A stretch of 64,000 bases of DNA from Antedon mediterranea (taxonomy: Eukaryota; Animalia; Echinodermata), in assembly GCF_964355755.1 (NCBI RefSeq), contig NC_092674.1, positions 7,130,001-7,194,000 of the forward strand, in the 5' to 3' direction. Position 1 is the first letter of the stretch. Each line of letters opens with the position of its first letter. A program made the position numbers and the translations under genes. Positions 29,201 to 40,800 of the stretch are shown here, piece after piece. Below the pieces are notes generated by a model that had not been told where the DNA came from, did not search any database, and saw only the letters and a list, made by a program, of their open reading frames with translations.

Positions 29201-32200
29201 TATTGCTTAATTGACTACAGTGCTTATTTATTCAACTACAGTAGTTATTTAACTACAATAGTTATTCAACTACAGTACTTATTCAACTATAGTACTTATT
29301 AAACTACAGTGTTAATTTTCCTACATCTATTCAACTAAAATTCTTATTCAACTACATCCCTTATTTAACTACAGTGCTTTGACAATAGAGCTTATTCATC
29401 TAATGCACTTATAGGGCCATATGCTATATAAATGCATTATTATTTTTATATTTCCGCTACTAAACAAATAAGGGTTTTTATAACTACATTTTTATTGATT
29501 TAAAAGAGCGGATAATGCCCTTGAATTGAACTTGGCAATCATTTTAGCGACATTTTAAATCGGAACTACTGTAGATGGAAAATACCCTGATATTGATTAA
29601 TTCTTTTAGAATGCAAATTAAAAAGTCATGTGTTAAGAGTGTGCAGTCATATGTTCATAATTGCAGTTAACGACAGCCAAAAGGAGGATATACGATTAAA
29701 CTTATAAAATTTTATGTATTATTCAAGCAAGGCAATTAAATTTTATACATATGTGTTATGAAATTCTAAAATTGTAAACACATCACTACATAATTACATA
29801 CAGAAATGCATTATTAATTTAAGTTTTTGTAAAACATTACTATTATGTAATTTTGTTTTGTAAAACTATTAGTATTATAAATTTGTAATATAAAATTGAG
29901 AATTTAATTTCTTGATACTATCATTTCTGTTTCACAGTGCTTTTGGCCATACATTTTTTTAGAAGAGCGCATTATAGTATATAGTGGATGCAAAGATAAA
30001 CAATATCAGTATGGCATGCTGACATTGCCAAAAACATTGAAAACCAGTTAATTTTGGTCTTGTATTGTAGAAAATGATATTGTAAACATTACTCTAACCA
30101 TGGAGGTATAACAAGCAATTTATTCGGATTCCATATATAGCCATCCACTTATTATGTTGTATTCATTAGAGATATAAGAATTTAAGCCATGTTTTCTTCA
30201 CGAGTTTACAAAATAAATTGAATTGAATCTTCATGAGTATGAAGAAAATTAAGAAAAAAAAAATGAATCGAATCTTGTTGATTAACTATACAATTAATAC
30301 TCAAATATTTTTGTTCTCTTTTTACAGAAACATTGCACAAGACAGAAAGCACAGCTTCGTATACGCTTTAAACCATCGTTATATCAGCACGTTGGTACGC
30401 ACTCATCATTGAAGGGCAAACTTCAAAAACTTAAGGTACTGCATCAACACCATATTTGTCAAATACATAAAAACCATATATGCAGACATAGATAGGTAGA
30501 CCAAGGCAATGTACCACAGGATGCTGAGCTCTGGGGATCAAAGGTTTTTTTTGTGTGGCTGTGACACGATCAGTTCCATGCTCTTAACAGACACCACGTG
30601 ATTCCACGTCTTGTAGAGATGTTCCCATTAATTAATCAAAATCCTACAAACGATCTAAAGCTAATTTAAATGCCTTTTTGATCTAAATTAGTACATCTCT
30701 CCAGAAATGTACTTCCATCGCAAAAAACCAGTCATAACATTCAAATTGTGGCGGAAGTACAAAATAGGTGGCGCTGTTGTATTTCAAAAGCAATAGTATA
30801 AAGATTAGTTTTTTTTCATACACGAAATAAAGTAAGTATTAAACGATCATTTAATAGTGCGTACTATTGCACACCATGTGACCCACATTCGTCCAATCAA
30901 ATGATAGGAATTTATTTAGTTGTTATATAAACAGCTCTAACGTAGCCTGGATTTAAAACTAACTCACAATTGATGTTGTATTAATACTTTGCTGCTGCAG
31001 GACCGATATTTTAATGCACCAGATGTACTTGAAAGATATCAATTACACCGCACTGTAAGACATTTTTTTATAAAAACACGGCTTGCGTCTTTCAAAGAAG
31101 CTGTTTATGATTCTACTTTGACTTCCTGTTTAAAACTTTTAATACATTTTTGCATACAATACTTAATAACAGTTTCAAAGCACTGGAGCATAACAAACGT
31201 TTACACATGCCTACAAACCAATCACTGTTGTGATAGCTACTGTATGCTGCAATCATTAAAATTATAGTAATTTAGTAGATGGTAAATATTGGTTTGTAGG
31301 ATGCAGATAAGTTTGTTATGCTCCACCGCTCATAACTTTTGGTACCATGTGACAAAGTCTTATTTAGAAACCATCTCATTTATGACTCTCATCATGGTGG
31401 TTTTAATTATGAATGAATATTTTTAAAATGAAGGACTGATCTTCCTGTTTTGTTTTTTAAAATAGTTTTCCAGACTATTTTACTTAATTTGTTAATTAAA
31501 CTATTCTCTAACTTGACTACTGTATTTGTTCCATTTGAATTTTAAAATAATAATTAACAAATTGGTACTTATTTGCATGTTTTGGATTTGAAGAAGTTTA
31601 CATGCAGTTTTTTTTTTACATTTTTCTTTCAATTGAGATTCAGTATGATAGTCACTATCAGTGACTGAAGCTCTTTTTACTAATGAATCTTTCTAAATAT
31701 CATGGTGGAAGAGTCAAGCACTTGTTTGACCAATCACAAGCGACAGTTCGGACTCTCTTAAGCTGTTGCGTTGCGTCCAAGGGAAAGCCAAGCTTAAGCT
31801 CTGTTCACACTATCAAACTAGTTTGACAAAAAAAGTGTGATGTGCCCAAATACGGTAGCTATATATGCCAAAATATGGTAGTGATATGACATCATCATTT
31901 ACATATATAGGCACATCACAATTTTTTAAGCTTTAAAGCTTAATATGAAAGTGAAATTCACAGGGAAAGACTCTATATCTTGCTATTGAAATACAATTTC
32001 AATTATGTGTTTACACTTGCAGGATAAAGATTTTGGAAAGGGTAAATTACCACAACATAGCTTAAACCCTCCAGCTGAGATATCAACAACAATTAAGCCC
32101 TATCAGAAGTACACCTTGGAGAAAGCATATAAAGGAGAGGACATTTTCTGGGGTATACTTCCAAAAGCTGGTTCAGTTGTGAGGTTTATCTTCAACCCGC

Positions 32201-33884
32201 CAATTAAAATAATAAGGTGCGTTCACATTATTTAATTCATCTAGAAAACTCACCAGGATATTATTAATGGGATGGATAAACTGCATTGTGCTCATACAGG
32301 TCAAATTGGAGTGGAGTTGTGGCTTGGTGGTTATGATGCTGGGCTACCACTCTAAGAATCCTAGTTTCAAGTCCCGTCACATGCCAGGATTTTGTCTAAG
32401 GACAAAATTACAACTCCACTCTCAAAGACTTGTAATAAGACTTTGTTTATGTAGAGCATCTTGTGTATTTATTTGTCTTGTGAACCTATTAGAGTCCCTA
32501 ATGATCAGCAATTGCTGGATGTATCACCCTCATTAAATATGGTTTAAAAAAAAACAGAAGAAAAAAATTAGAAATTGAAATGATGGGTACCTATCTCTTG
32601 TATGTTAACAACAGTGAAAACTCATGAGGTAGAAATTTCTAAGCACACATGAGATCACAGTAATTTACGGATGTACGGCAAGCGCAACAAAACCGTCAAT
32701 TTCGCAATTGTTCTGAAATTATATGTACATCCTAAATACATTGTCAAAATATGGTTCTCTGTGAAGTTGTCCTTTAATATGTAAAGCGCCTTTGAACATG
32801 TTTTACTCATGAAAAGGACGCTATATAAATGTGGTATTGTTATATTATTATTACAATTGAAATTAATTTTTTCATTATTAGTTATCGTTTTGTGAGTGGC
32901 AATGCTGACCATCCTGGCGATATATTCACAAATACTACTGTAGAGGTGATGCCAAGTTATCAACAGCAAAAGAAAGAAGGCTTACTAGAAACAGACGAAG
33001 ATAATAAATCAAAACATACTAATGATGGATACATTCAAATAGGTTGGTCAAATGTATCTGATTTTGAGGGGTCAGTTATAATCGGTCATTTACCAGATGT
33101 TGGTCAATTTAGTTGCAGGGAATTTGAGTGGGCTGGTCAGTTAAGTTGTCATGTTTTGTCTTTGTTATGTTACTCTGAATGGGACCCCTCAGGATACAAA
33201 CCTCCGGGTTTAGAGGGTTATCCTTTGCTCCTACTCGTTTTTTGTTGTTGTCTTTGTTCTGATTAAGTCTGCGACTTTTGATGTATATATATATTTTTCT
33301 GTACCACTGTTATTTTTATATGAGCAAGAAATAAAAACAAACAAACAAACAAACAAACCAAGCTGCTTGGCAAGAAACTAGTACTGTATATATGTCCCAA
33401 ATCCTCAAGTATAATCCCACCACTGAATTTTTGATAAATACTTTGGTAAATTTATTGTTAATGCAACCCCAGTATAATCCCACACCTACTTTCTTCAACA
33501 TTTTGTACCTATGCCCCTAGAATTATATTCACTCATATACAGTGATAGTGGGATGAATGTCTAAAGAAATCTGTTTTTTAAAAAAACTTTGTTTTTACAG
33601 GAGAATTTAAAGATGGTAGAATTATGGGTGATATGGATAAAAAATTAGATAAAGTACAAGAAATTCGTCTAAGAGTCCAAAGTAATGCAAAGGCATGGGT
33701 TATATTAAGTGATGTAAGTTGATTTTTGATATATTTTATTTAGATAATAATTGAATGACTTCTGATGTTGAATAACTGTGAGCCCAGAGGTTGATTTGAC
33801 AAGGAATGTATTGTCGCATGTTGTTAAAATGAACTGTTTTTGTTATTTCAGATACGTATAGTACCAGCTAAAAGGAGAAGGTGA
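5129..33884 (+). CDS. MGAT4B: Alpha-1,3-mannosyl-glycoprotein 4-beta-N-acetylglucosaminyltransferase (GnT-IV, MGAT4A/B-like, GT54); spliced gene, 5' exons outside the window
   Basis: There are 12 AG/GT-bounded exons with consistent phases: 5129-5272, 9252-9385, 16165-16211, 17810-17923, 21783-21858, 24338-24452, 25478-25608, 30328-30435, 32023-32216, 32882-33042, 33601-33713, 33852-33884. Motifs [44 protein letters not shown] and NPPAEIST match vertebrate MGAT4A/B. It is probably a co-ortholog of both. Confidence 0.95.
5495..5992. mobile_element. Tc1/mariner (Tigger/pogo-like) MITE
   Basis: 24-bp TIR CAGTAGAACCT(TCA/GTG)TTTTACGTAC, flanked by TA on both sides. Confidence 0.85.
6703..7527 (-). 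mobile_element. Non-autonomous PIF/Harbinger element with Myb/SANT-like gene fragment (copy 1), nested in a small MITE
   Basis: TIRs are GGGCCTGTTTCTGCTGC and GCAGCCGAAACAGGGCC with TAT on both sides. There are subterminal ATACGGTAT repeats and ORF 6901-7161 ([27 protein letters not shown]). It is nearly identical to 44655-45476. Confidence 0.9.
9252..9385 (+). CDS. MGAT4B: MGAT4 exon
   Basis: ttccag|[45 protein letters not shown]|gtaag. Confidence 0.93.
9668..9882 (+). repeat. Tandemly duplicated ~110-bp SINE-core-like fragment
   Basis: ACAAGAC(A/T)CTTTACTCTCATTACCTTGTCCTTCG..GGGATCGTCTACCC occurs twice. Confidence 0.6.
11361..11505. repeat. Tandem repeat, ~46 bp x3
   Basis: CTGTTATGTATATGTTAAGGGGGATGTGGATAGAGGTGATTGTCAC is repeated. 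Confidence 0.95.
12280..12370. mobile_element. Representative of an abundant small Harbinger/Tourist-like MITE family
   Basis: TIR is AGCTCTGTCTACACTATCAAACT. Other copies start near 6692 (interrupted), 16229, 22026, 22276, 31797, 34824, 36794, 38865, 54517, 57738 and 60310. Confidence 0.9.
12585..14021. mobile_element. Non-autonomous hAT-like element with a 6-bp TSD
   Basis: Termini are CATAGGTCCCAA and TTGGGACCCCTG. GATTCA occurs at 12579-12584 and 14022-14027, and GCGGTA subterminal repeats lie near the right end. Confidence 0.7.
14870..15812. mobile_element. TIR element (core CTTACCTGGATAAACC)
   Basis: Inverted copies lie at ~14906-14921 and ~15784-15799, with related ends at ~15940, ~54900 and ~61168. 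Exact termini and TSD are unresolved. Confidence 0.55.
16165..16211 (+). CDS. MGAT4B: MGAT4 exon (47 nt)
   Basis: tttcag|[16 protein letters not shown]|gtaag; the phase fits the neighbouring exons. Confidence 0.85.
16454..16903. repeat. Perfect 19-bp minisatellite, ~23.7 copies
   Basis: Unit GGGGACAGCCCTATTACGC with no visible variants. Confidence 0.98.
16944..17111. repeat. Tandem repeat, ~56 bp x3
   Basis: CAGTATGCCCAACCCAGAGGACATCTCTAT..GGACACTGTTTTGAGT. Confidence 0.9.
17810..17923 (+). CDS. MGAT4B: MGAT4 exon
   Basis: tttcag|[37 protein letters not shown]|gtaag. Confidence 0.93.
18057..18522. repeat. Degenerate 16/18-bp minisatellite
   Basis: Mixed units CAAGTGTAATCCCATGCT and CAGTGTAATCCCACAC. 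Confidence 0.95.
18840..19458. mobile_element. Kolobok-like non-autonomous DNA transposon
   Basis: 15-bp perfect TIR AGACACCTTCCCTAC with TTAA on both sides and purine-purine (AG) termini. Confidence 0.8.
19968..21038. mobile_element. PIF/Harbinger-type MITE
   Basis: 41-bp perfect TIR GGCCCTGTTCAGACCCATGGCGTTAGACCGTTTTAGCGTAC; 3-bp TSD TGT. Confidence 0.92.
21783..21858 (+). CDS. MGAT4B: MGAT4 exon
   Basis: gtgtag|[25 protein letters not shown]|gtaag. Confidence 0.95.
22592..22727. mobile_element. Small Tourist-like MITE
   Basis: Imperfect TIR AGGCCAATTTA..GCGGTAAC; TTA TSD. Confidence 0.75.
22737..22903. mobile_element. Small MITE of uncertain superfamily
   Basis: 16-bp TIR CAGTGGCC(A/G)TATTCAC; GTC on both sides. 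Confidence 0.7.
24338..24452 (+). CDS. MGAT4B: MGAT4 exon (EDD metal-binding motif)
   Basis: tcgcag|[39 protein letters not shown]|gtaaa. Confidence 0.95.
25478..25608 (+). CDS. MGAT4B: MGAT4 exon
   Basis: ttatag|[43 protein letters not shown]|gtaag. Confidence 0.95.
25670..26462. repeat. 20-bp minisatellite, ~40 diverged copies
   Basis: Unit CACATTGGTT(T/C)AGGAGTCTC. Confidence 0.96.
28056..28287 (+). mobile_element. tRNA-derived SINE
   Basis: tRNA-like head with B box GGTTCAAGTCC and an A tail. A second copy lies at ~32310-32554 and a fragment at ~39736-39795. Confidence 0.8.
28918..29402. repeat. Degenerate ~18-bp tandem repeat
   Basis: Recurrent TTATTCAACTACAGTGC. Confidence 0.85.
30328..30435 (+). 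CDS. MGAT4B: MGAT4 exon
   Basis: ttacag|[36 protein letters not shown]|gtact. Confidence 0.95.
32023..32216 (+). CDS. MGAT4B: MGAT4 exon (start of C-terminal lectin domain)
   Basis: ttgcag|[46 protein letters not shown]|gtgc. Confidence 0.93.
32310..32554 (+). mobile_element. tRNA-derived SINE (second copy)
   Basis: Aligns by eye with 28056-28287; A tail. Confidence 0.8.
32882..33042 (+). CDS. MGAT4B: MGAT4 exon
   Basis: tattag|[31 protein letters not shown]|gttgg. Confidence 0.9.
33601..33713 (+). CDS. MGAT4B: MGAT4 exon
   Basis: ttacag|[37 protein letters not shown]|gtaag. Confidence 0.92.
33852..33884 (+). CDS. MGAT4B: MGAT4 terminal coding exon, option A
   Basis: atttcag|[13 protein letters not shown]; a short basic tail like the vertebrate IFLKKAD ending. 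Confidence 0.7.
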   Translation: MRIVPAKRRR

Positions 33885-34153
33885 CCTAGGCCTGACCTGA
33901 TCTTTAACCTTTATATCATTCCAGTTGTACATAATCTCATCTTTAAACATGTACAGAATCAATTTTATTGTAGATAATTTATAAAAAGATAGGGTATTAT
34001 TGGTTGTTTTATTCAGTAGGTGTTTGGAAACTATATTTAGGGTGTAGGTGATTTTTAAAACTATCCATCCGAGCAATAATTTAAATTAATCCTAAATGAT
34101 TAAGTAATCTTTTAACAACAAAAGGGCGAAAAGAGATTGCAAAGATCGAGTAT

Positions 34154-34272
34154 AAGCCCACTTCTGAGTGTGAACCCACCATGCAGTATATGGTAAGCCC
34201 ACCATGTGGTATATGGTAAGCCCACCATGTGGTATATGGTAAGCCCACCATGTGGTATATGGTAATCCCACC
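34154..34272. repeat. Tandem repeat, ~23 bp x4-5
   Basis: AAGCCCACCATGTGGTATATGGT. Confidence 0.85.
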
Positions 34273-34327
34273 CTGCCCTATACTAGTATTAAATCACAAC
34301 AACCGTTTCTTTTTTCCTTTGTTCTAG

Positions 34328-34372
34328 ACCTATTTTGCTGTTGACTCTTCGTTGGGTCAGAGATGGATGTAG
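34328..34372 (+). CDS. MGAT4B: MGAT4 candidate alternative terminal coding exon, option B
   Basis: A strong pyrimidine tract tttctttttcctttgttctag is followed by in-phase TYFAVDSSLGQRWM-TAG. Confidence 0.45.
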   Translation, partial: TYFAVDSSLGQRWM

Positions 34373-35590
34373 ACTAGAGTCGTACAGTAATTATTAATTT
34401 TCTGTTTTCTGTCTTAAAACAACTTAGCACCAAATTATTCTAAATGAATCTAAAAAATCCGGCCAATAAGATTCCAGGAAATGATAATCAGTGAAGCGAA
34501 TCAAAAATGAACATTCCATTACCATCAACTAAAAAAAGAAACTTGATTGATCTTATTAAATACAGTTTTTTAAAAGTATGTTTTTGCCAAAATTTACAAA
34601 ACAAAAAAGCTGGCTTGTTTAAAACTACTATTACTAGGTAAATATGGAAGGCTATGCATTATGCATTGTTAGGTGGATAATTCTTGTAACTATCCTTGCT
34701 AGATTGTTGATGTACGAATCCCCAATTCTAGACATGAAGGGCTTAAACGTTTTTTATCAAACAAAACTTAAGAACTAGGGATACAGACCTCAAGACGACA
34801 TTTCTAGACGTTTCGATACCAAACTCTGTCTACACTATTAAACTAGTTAGACAAAAAAATGATGTGCCCAAATATGGTAGTGATATGACACCATCGTGTC
34901 CGTATATGGGTACATGACATTTTTTGTCACATAAAGTTTGATAGTTTTGTAGACAGGGCTTAATAGTTTATTTTTAATATTTCATCATTGATTCCGATAA
35001 GGCAAGGAACCCTTCTAATTCAAGAAGAAAAAAAATGTGTATCAAAATGAACATCAATTTTTATGAATTTGTGTTTTCTTATATTGTTGCATTGGAAACA
35101 TTGTAAAAATGTTTATAAATGTATTTTTTAATATTGATCATTTAGGTACACATTACAATTAAAGATATTCTTTGTTATTTACCAATTATTATGCACATGC
35201 AATAAATTAATGAAAACCATAAAAATGATAAAATAAATAATTTATGCTTTTTAGGGGTAACTAATTATAGATATATTGATGCCAAGTAAATTTTATATAT
35301 TTTATAAATATTTGACCAAATTTCAATTTATTTACATTTTTGTGAAATTGTTTATGTGGTATGGTATATTATTAAACTAATTTAATTATAAATTTTAAAG
35401 AAATCAACAAAAATATTTTTAAAAAAACCAGTAAGTTAAATTGAAACCAACTACCAAAACTGACAAAAATAAATTAATATAATTATCAGATTTAGAAATG
35501 ACATTATTAATCATAATTGTAATCATTATTACTGACGAACAAAATGAGAAATGTGTTTATTAACGTTTGTAGTTTTATATTTTACGGTTA

Positions 35591-35872
35591 TGCCTGGTTT
35601 CCATAAAATCGCTACACCGTGTCGCCGACTGCTGTCGCCGACAGAGCCTAGCGTTTCCAGAAACGCTAGAATTTATCTGGGATCTAGTACGCGAGCGCTA
35701 AATATTCTTTGGTACACGCGTATACGATTCATTGCCGGCAAAGTTGAGCATGGTTGAACTTTGCCGATTTGTCTGCGATGAATCGGGGAGACCTCCCCGA
35801 TGCGCGTCGGCGACATCTGCGCATGTAGCGATTTCAATGGAAACGGTGTAGCGATTTTATGGAAACCAGGCT
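35591..35872. mobile_element. Harbinger-type MITE
   Basis: 29-bp TIR GCCTGGTTTCCATAAAATCGCTACACCGT; TTA TSD. Confidence 0.88.
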
Positions 35873-36219
35873 TTATGCGTGATATTCAAGTGTGAAGTTT
35901 GACATAATGCATTCTGCTTATTCACGGAAAGTGTATCGTACTGTACTTTTCATGTGATAGGCAAAATGGCCGAAAATCGAGTTAGTAATCCATTTATTGA
36001 ATCAAAACGTCTCTCTCATTCTCCATATAAATTAACAGCAGCCAAAGAACTAGATTGTAATTTGTATAATTTCAATTTTTTTAATTTAAGTATATTTATT
36101 TTGTACTGTGAATACATTAAGTTTATACTACAAATTTACATATCTGATTAGTAATTTAAAAATCTTGTTTTGTATTTTTGTTAATGAGCAATTAAGTAAA
36201 TCATAAATTTAAAAAAAAA

Positions 36220-36366
36220 TGAACGTCCAGTCGTTCATGGGTGGCATTTAAGACTGTGAACGTCCAGTCGTTCATGGATGGCATTTAAGACTGTGAACGT
36301 CCAGTCGTCCATGGGTGGCATTTAAGACTGAACGTCCAGTTGTCCATGGGTGGCATTTAAGACTGT
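36220..36366. repeat. Tandem repeat, ~37 bp x4
   Basis: TGAACGTCCAGTCGT(T/C)CATGGGTGGCATTTAAGACTG. Confidence 0.93.
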
Positions 36367-37820
36367 GTTTCCACAGCCAAAAATAAACCGATAATGTATG
36401 TTATGCTGCGGAAACACGGCCTAAGAATCGTCAATCTTGTGGCGGCGCCTTAGAAAAACCATTGCTTTAAAGTTTTTGCTTTAACTATGGTTTTAGCCAA
36501 CAAACAGTGCCACTACCTACGCATAATAATTAGTTTAGTTTTTCCTTTAAATTGTTAGTTATTTTGCATTTGGGTTTTCTAATATAAAATGGTAGTTTGG
36601 AGATAAAGATTTATAGTGTCATTAAAACAATTTAAATGTATTGTTTTTATGATGTTTTTCTATGCATATAGATTTTATTTATTATTATGTAAAGTTCTAT
36701 AATTTAATGGTAACTGTTGCACAACATAAACACAAACTGTTTTATCTCTTTCAAATATTAATTTTTAAATATCTACAGTCGAACACCTATTCAGCCTTGT
36801 CTGTACTATCAAACTTTGTGTGACAAAAAAATGTGATATGCCCATATATATGGACATGATGATGTCATATCACTACCATATTTGGACACATCGCATTTTT
36901 TTTGTAAAACAAGTTTGATAGTGTAGAGAGAGCTTTAAGGGGACACCTTGGGTAGTACCCGATAATTTCCCCTTATTCATTTCACAGATATAGCAGAATC
37001 CCAAAGGGGAATCCCAAAGGGGAATCCCAAAAGAGAAATTCTACTGTAGTTCAGAGATGTATTTTCAACTACAACATTTAAATGGCCAATGCACACATTT
37101 TTAAGCTTTATCTAGTAATATTTTTTTTTAAACTCATAATTTATGAAGTACATCACTTTAAAAAGAACCATACTATATCAGAGCAAACTAAAACCAGGGA
37201 TATGTAAAATAATTTAATTTACATCTCTGCTAAAAGTTAGGTAATTTTATTAATATTTTTTTATTGCAATTAAACTGAATCTTTTATAAAATGTTCTTGC
37301 AAAATATGTCTGAATAAATAGTATATAATAGATCACTTGAATTGTGTGTTGAGATTTTTAATGTCAACATTGTCTAGCTGTTTCCTCAGCCTTGTGGACA
37401 GCACACCTTAGAATTAGGCCTCATAAGTAACGACAAAACACACTAAAAGAAGATATCTTCTATATATTTTTCTTTATTTAACAGTATATTTATATTCTCA
37501 AATAATAATTTGAGATAGGCATGATATAAAGCATGATGAACCAAAAATGGAAGACAAAAAAATATAAATAAATAACCCAACCTACTATTAAAAATAATAA
37601 TTTTTGAACTTAAAAATAACAATTTTTGAACTTAAAAATAATTTTTTAAATTTAAAATAATAATTTTTGAAATTAAAACTTTTTTGTTTTTATTTTATGC
37701 TAATCTTCATAATTTAATCAGCGTGTTACGCACATTTTTATGTGCGTTTGCAACAGACATGTTTCGACATTAACCATTATTATTCTTTATATATTATTTA
37801 TTATATATAATTCTATGTTC

Positions 37821-40800
37821 TTATCCTAACTCTTCTAATAATGCATTTTGCAATAATTCAATTTCATCCATCAAATTGTCCTCCATTCCCTGGAAGAGTT
37901 GGTTAAAACAAGGTGCAGTCAGGTTGTTATAGTGACTATATGGATTACTGGAGGAAAGAACATTTGAACACAACCAACAGAAATAAGTTCGACACTTTGT
38001 ACATGTCATCTTGTTGCAACCATCAATTTTCTGGAAAAAAAAATTATTAAAAAAAAAATTTACACCATGGCACTGAGCTCACCTTGCCAAGATAGGAACT
38101 CAGTCCTTTGATCTTATGTCTGGCTGCGACAAACACTAACAGTACTACTATGTACATATTGATCGTGTCGCAGCCACAGATGAGCCTTTGATCTCCAGAG
38201 CTCAGCCACCTCGCCAAGATAGGAACTCAGTCCTTTGATCTTATGTCTGGCTGCGACAAATACTAACAGTACTACTATGTACATATTAATCGTGTCGCAG
38301 CCACAGATGACCCTTTGATCTCCAGAGCTCAGCCACCTCGCCAAGATAGGAACTCAGTCCTTTGATCTTATGTCTGGCTGCGACAAATACCAACATTACT
38401 GCTATGTACATATTGATCGTGTCGCAGCCACAGATGACCCTTTGATCTCCAGAGCTCAGCATCCTGTTGTTGGATTGCCTTGGTTACACATTTTAGCATT
38501 TTTGTATGCTTTATATTGTACCCAAATTCAACTCCCTCAGAATATGATATATGAAGGTATTCAGACATTGTATGACATCTCATCAATTTTATCCCTTTCT
38601 TTCTGTCACCCAATCAATAGTATTTACCTGTATGTGTGTCCCACATGAAGGGCATTTTTTGCTGTTGCTATTTAACCATTCTTCACTGTAAAAATCTTCA
38701 AGTGCTTTTTGTATTGTTCGTTTCCCATAACGATGTTCTAAATATAACTTTTTACTCTTGTCGCCATTCTCATATTCTGTTCTGATTTTCTGTAGCTCGT
38801 CTGTGGAAAAATAAGCTCAGTTTTTGTATGTTCTAAATAATGATTTTTGTGCAAGTTATCATGAAGCTCTGTCTACACTATCAAACTTTATGTGACAAAA
38901 AAATGTGATGTGTTTTTTTTTTTTTTGTCAAACTAGTTTGATAGTGTAGACAGAGCTTAAGAACATCCTTGTTGAAGCAACTAACCTTTTCGTACTCTAC
39001 AAGGCGATACACCATGGTATGTCATTCGGCAGAAGAAACAAAACGTCAGATGGCATTTAGGGCATTGACCCAAATTTGACCCTTTCTCCATCATCACAGG
39101 TGTTTGACATTCTAAGCGAGGGCAGTAGACAATATCGTCCATGCTCTGTAACGAAGACTGTAGTAGCAGACGATCATATTGGGCAAACAAATCATTTCCT
39201 ACCAATGTGTGAACCTATAAAAGAAATTAAAATTAAAGTTTCTACAGCCAAAATAAAATTATCGGTTAATTTTTTAACCAATAAAGTGCACATGATCAGT
39301 CATTACTAAACAACCAGATGCCCAATCAGGGTGCAACAACTTGTCCGTCAGGTCAAAGGTTAAAAATGATCTTATAATTATCTGATTTGAATGAAATAAT
39401 TGTCGGTTAATTTTTCTTGAGTGGAATCGGTTAAACTTCGTTTTCACAGGCAGTTTATTGGGTTAATTGTTTGTTAATTTTTATTAGTTAATTTTTGGCT
39501 GCAGAAACATGGTTTAAGAGTTGAAAAGTTGAAATTAGCCTAGTCGGGTCAATCAATGTGTCATCGGTCGTCACCTAGACCTACAAACCATCAACACTGT
39601 GTTGAGGTATGGAAAAGGACATGCGGCCCAATTTTCCCCACATGCGCACAGTGACAATACAAGACATACTTCGGTCAATGCAAATCAAATACTCCCTAAC
39701 ATAAGCGTTGCTGTATTGCATGTGTCAAATACATTAGACTTGTAATAAGACTTTGTTTATGTAGAGCATCTCGTGTATATGTTTGTCTTGTGAATAGGAT
39801 TGCCACCTTTAAGGAGGATAGTGAATGAATTCGCTTATGGTTATCTTTGGGGAATTTGCCTAAATACAGAATATAAAAACAAAACATCATTTCTTATACA
39901 ATTGTTAGTGTCAGTTAACTCACTTGTAATGGTGTTGCTTGTGACTTGCATTTTGGATCCGGACAGTCTAGACTTTTAACATTACCGTCTTTAATTTGGA
40001 TCACAAAATAACTTTTCAAACATGCATTACAGTAGACGTGACTGCAATCGTGAAACCTCATACAATCACTTCCTGGTTTCTCATTAAAACAAACGCTGCA
40101 CATAAAATAACTCTTTTGAAATACTTTTTTACTTTCTTCGCTGTCGTACTCAATGATGCATTTTAGAAGTAGCTCTTGCGACGCTACATCCTGGATAGCT
40201 CGACTGTCGAGCTTCTCTTTTTCCGTTTTTGTCATTTCACCTGTTTTTGATGGATTTGTTTGATGTGGTTCAGAGTTTGTTTCTGTTTTTTCACAATGAC
40301 TGTTTAACAAGTATGGGGAAGTAATTTTTAGAAATGGAAGCGCTTCGTTGATGAGGAACTCGGACCAAGAATACATGATGACCATTCCTTGGTTCTCAAG
40401 CCATATGTCGTCCAACTGAGAGCACAGGTGACTTAACTGGAACCAAAAAATCATGGCATAAACGTTTCACATTTTTAGAATATACTGTACATACGACGGA
40501 CTAGCTACATTTTTTTCTAGTATTTTTTGGCTGTACTTAATTTTAGGAACAAGTCTGGTAACCACAAAATTAGTCTCATCTTCCCACTCCCTAACAATTG
40601 TTTTCAATAATAATTACCACCACTAATATCCCTTCCACATCTGCAAAACTTAAGTTTTAAGCAAATTTGCTGCATTGTGAGTCGTGAAGGCAATTTTATG
40701 GAAACTCTTTGTTTGAGATGTTTCGTGTTGTTACTGCTTATATATATGCATAGTTACCCTGGTATTTAACTGATCCAACACAGAACATGCACACTAATAA

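Noticed and set aside
38073-38461. Hammerhead ribozyme or snoRNA array
   Set aside because: No CUGAUGA/GAAA core or convincing C/D or H/ACA boxes were seen.
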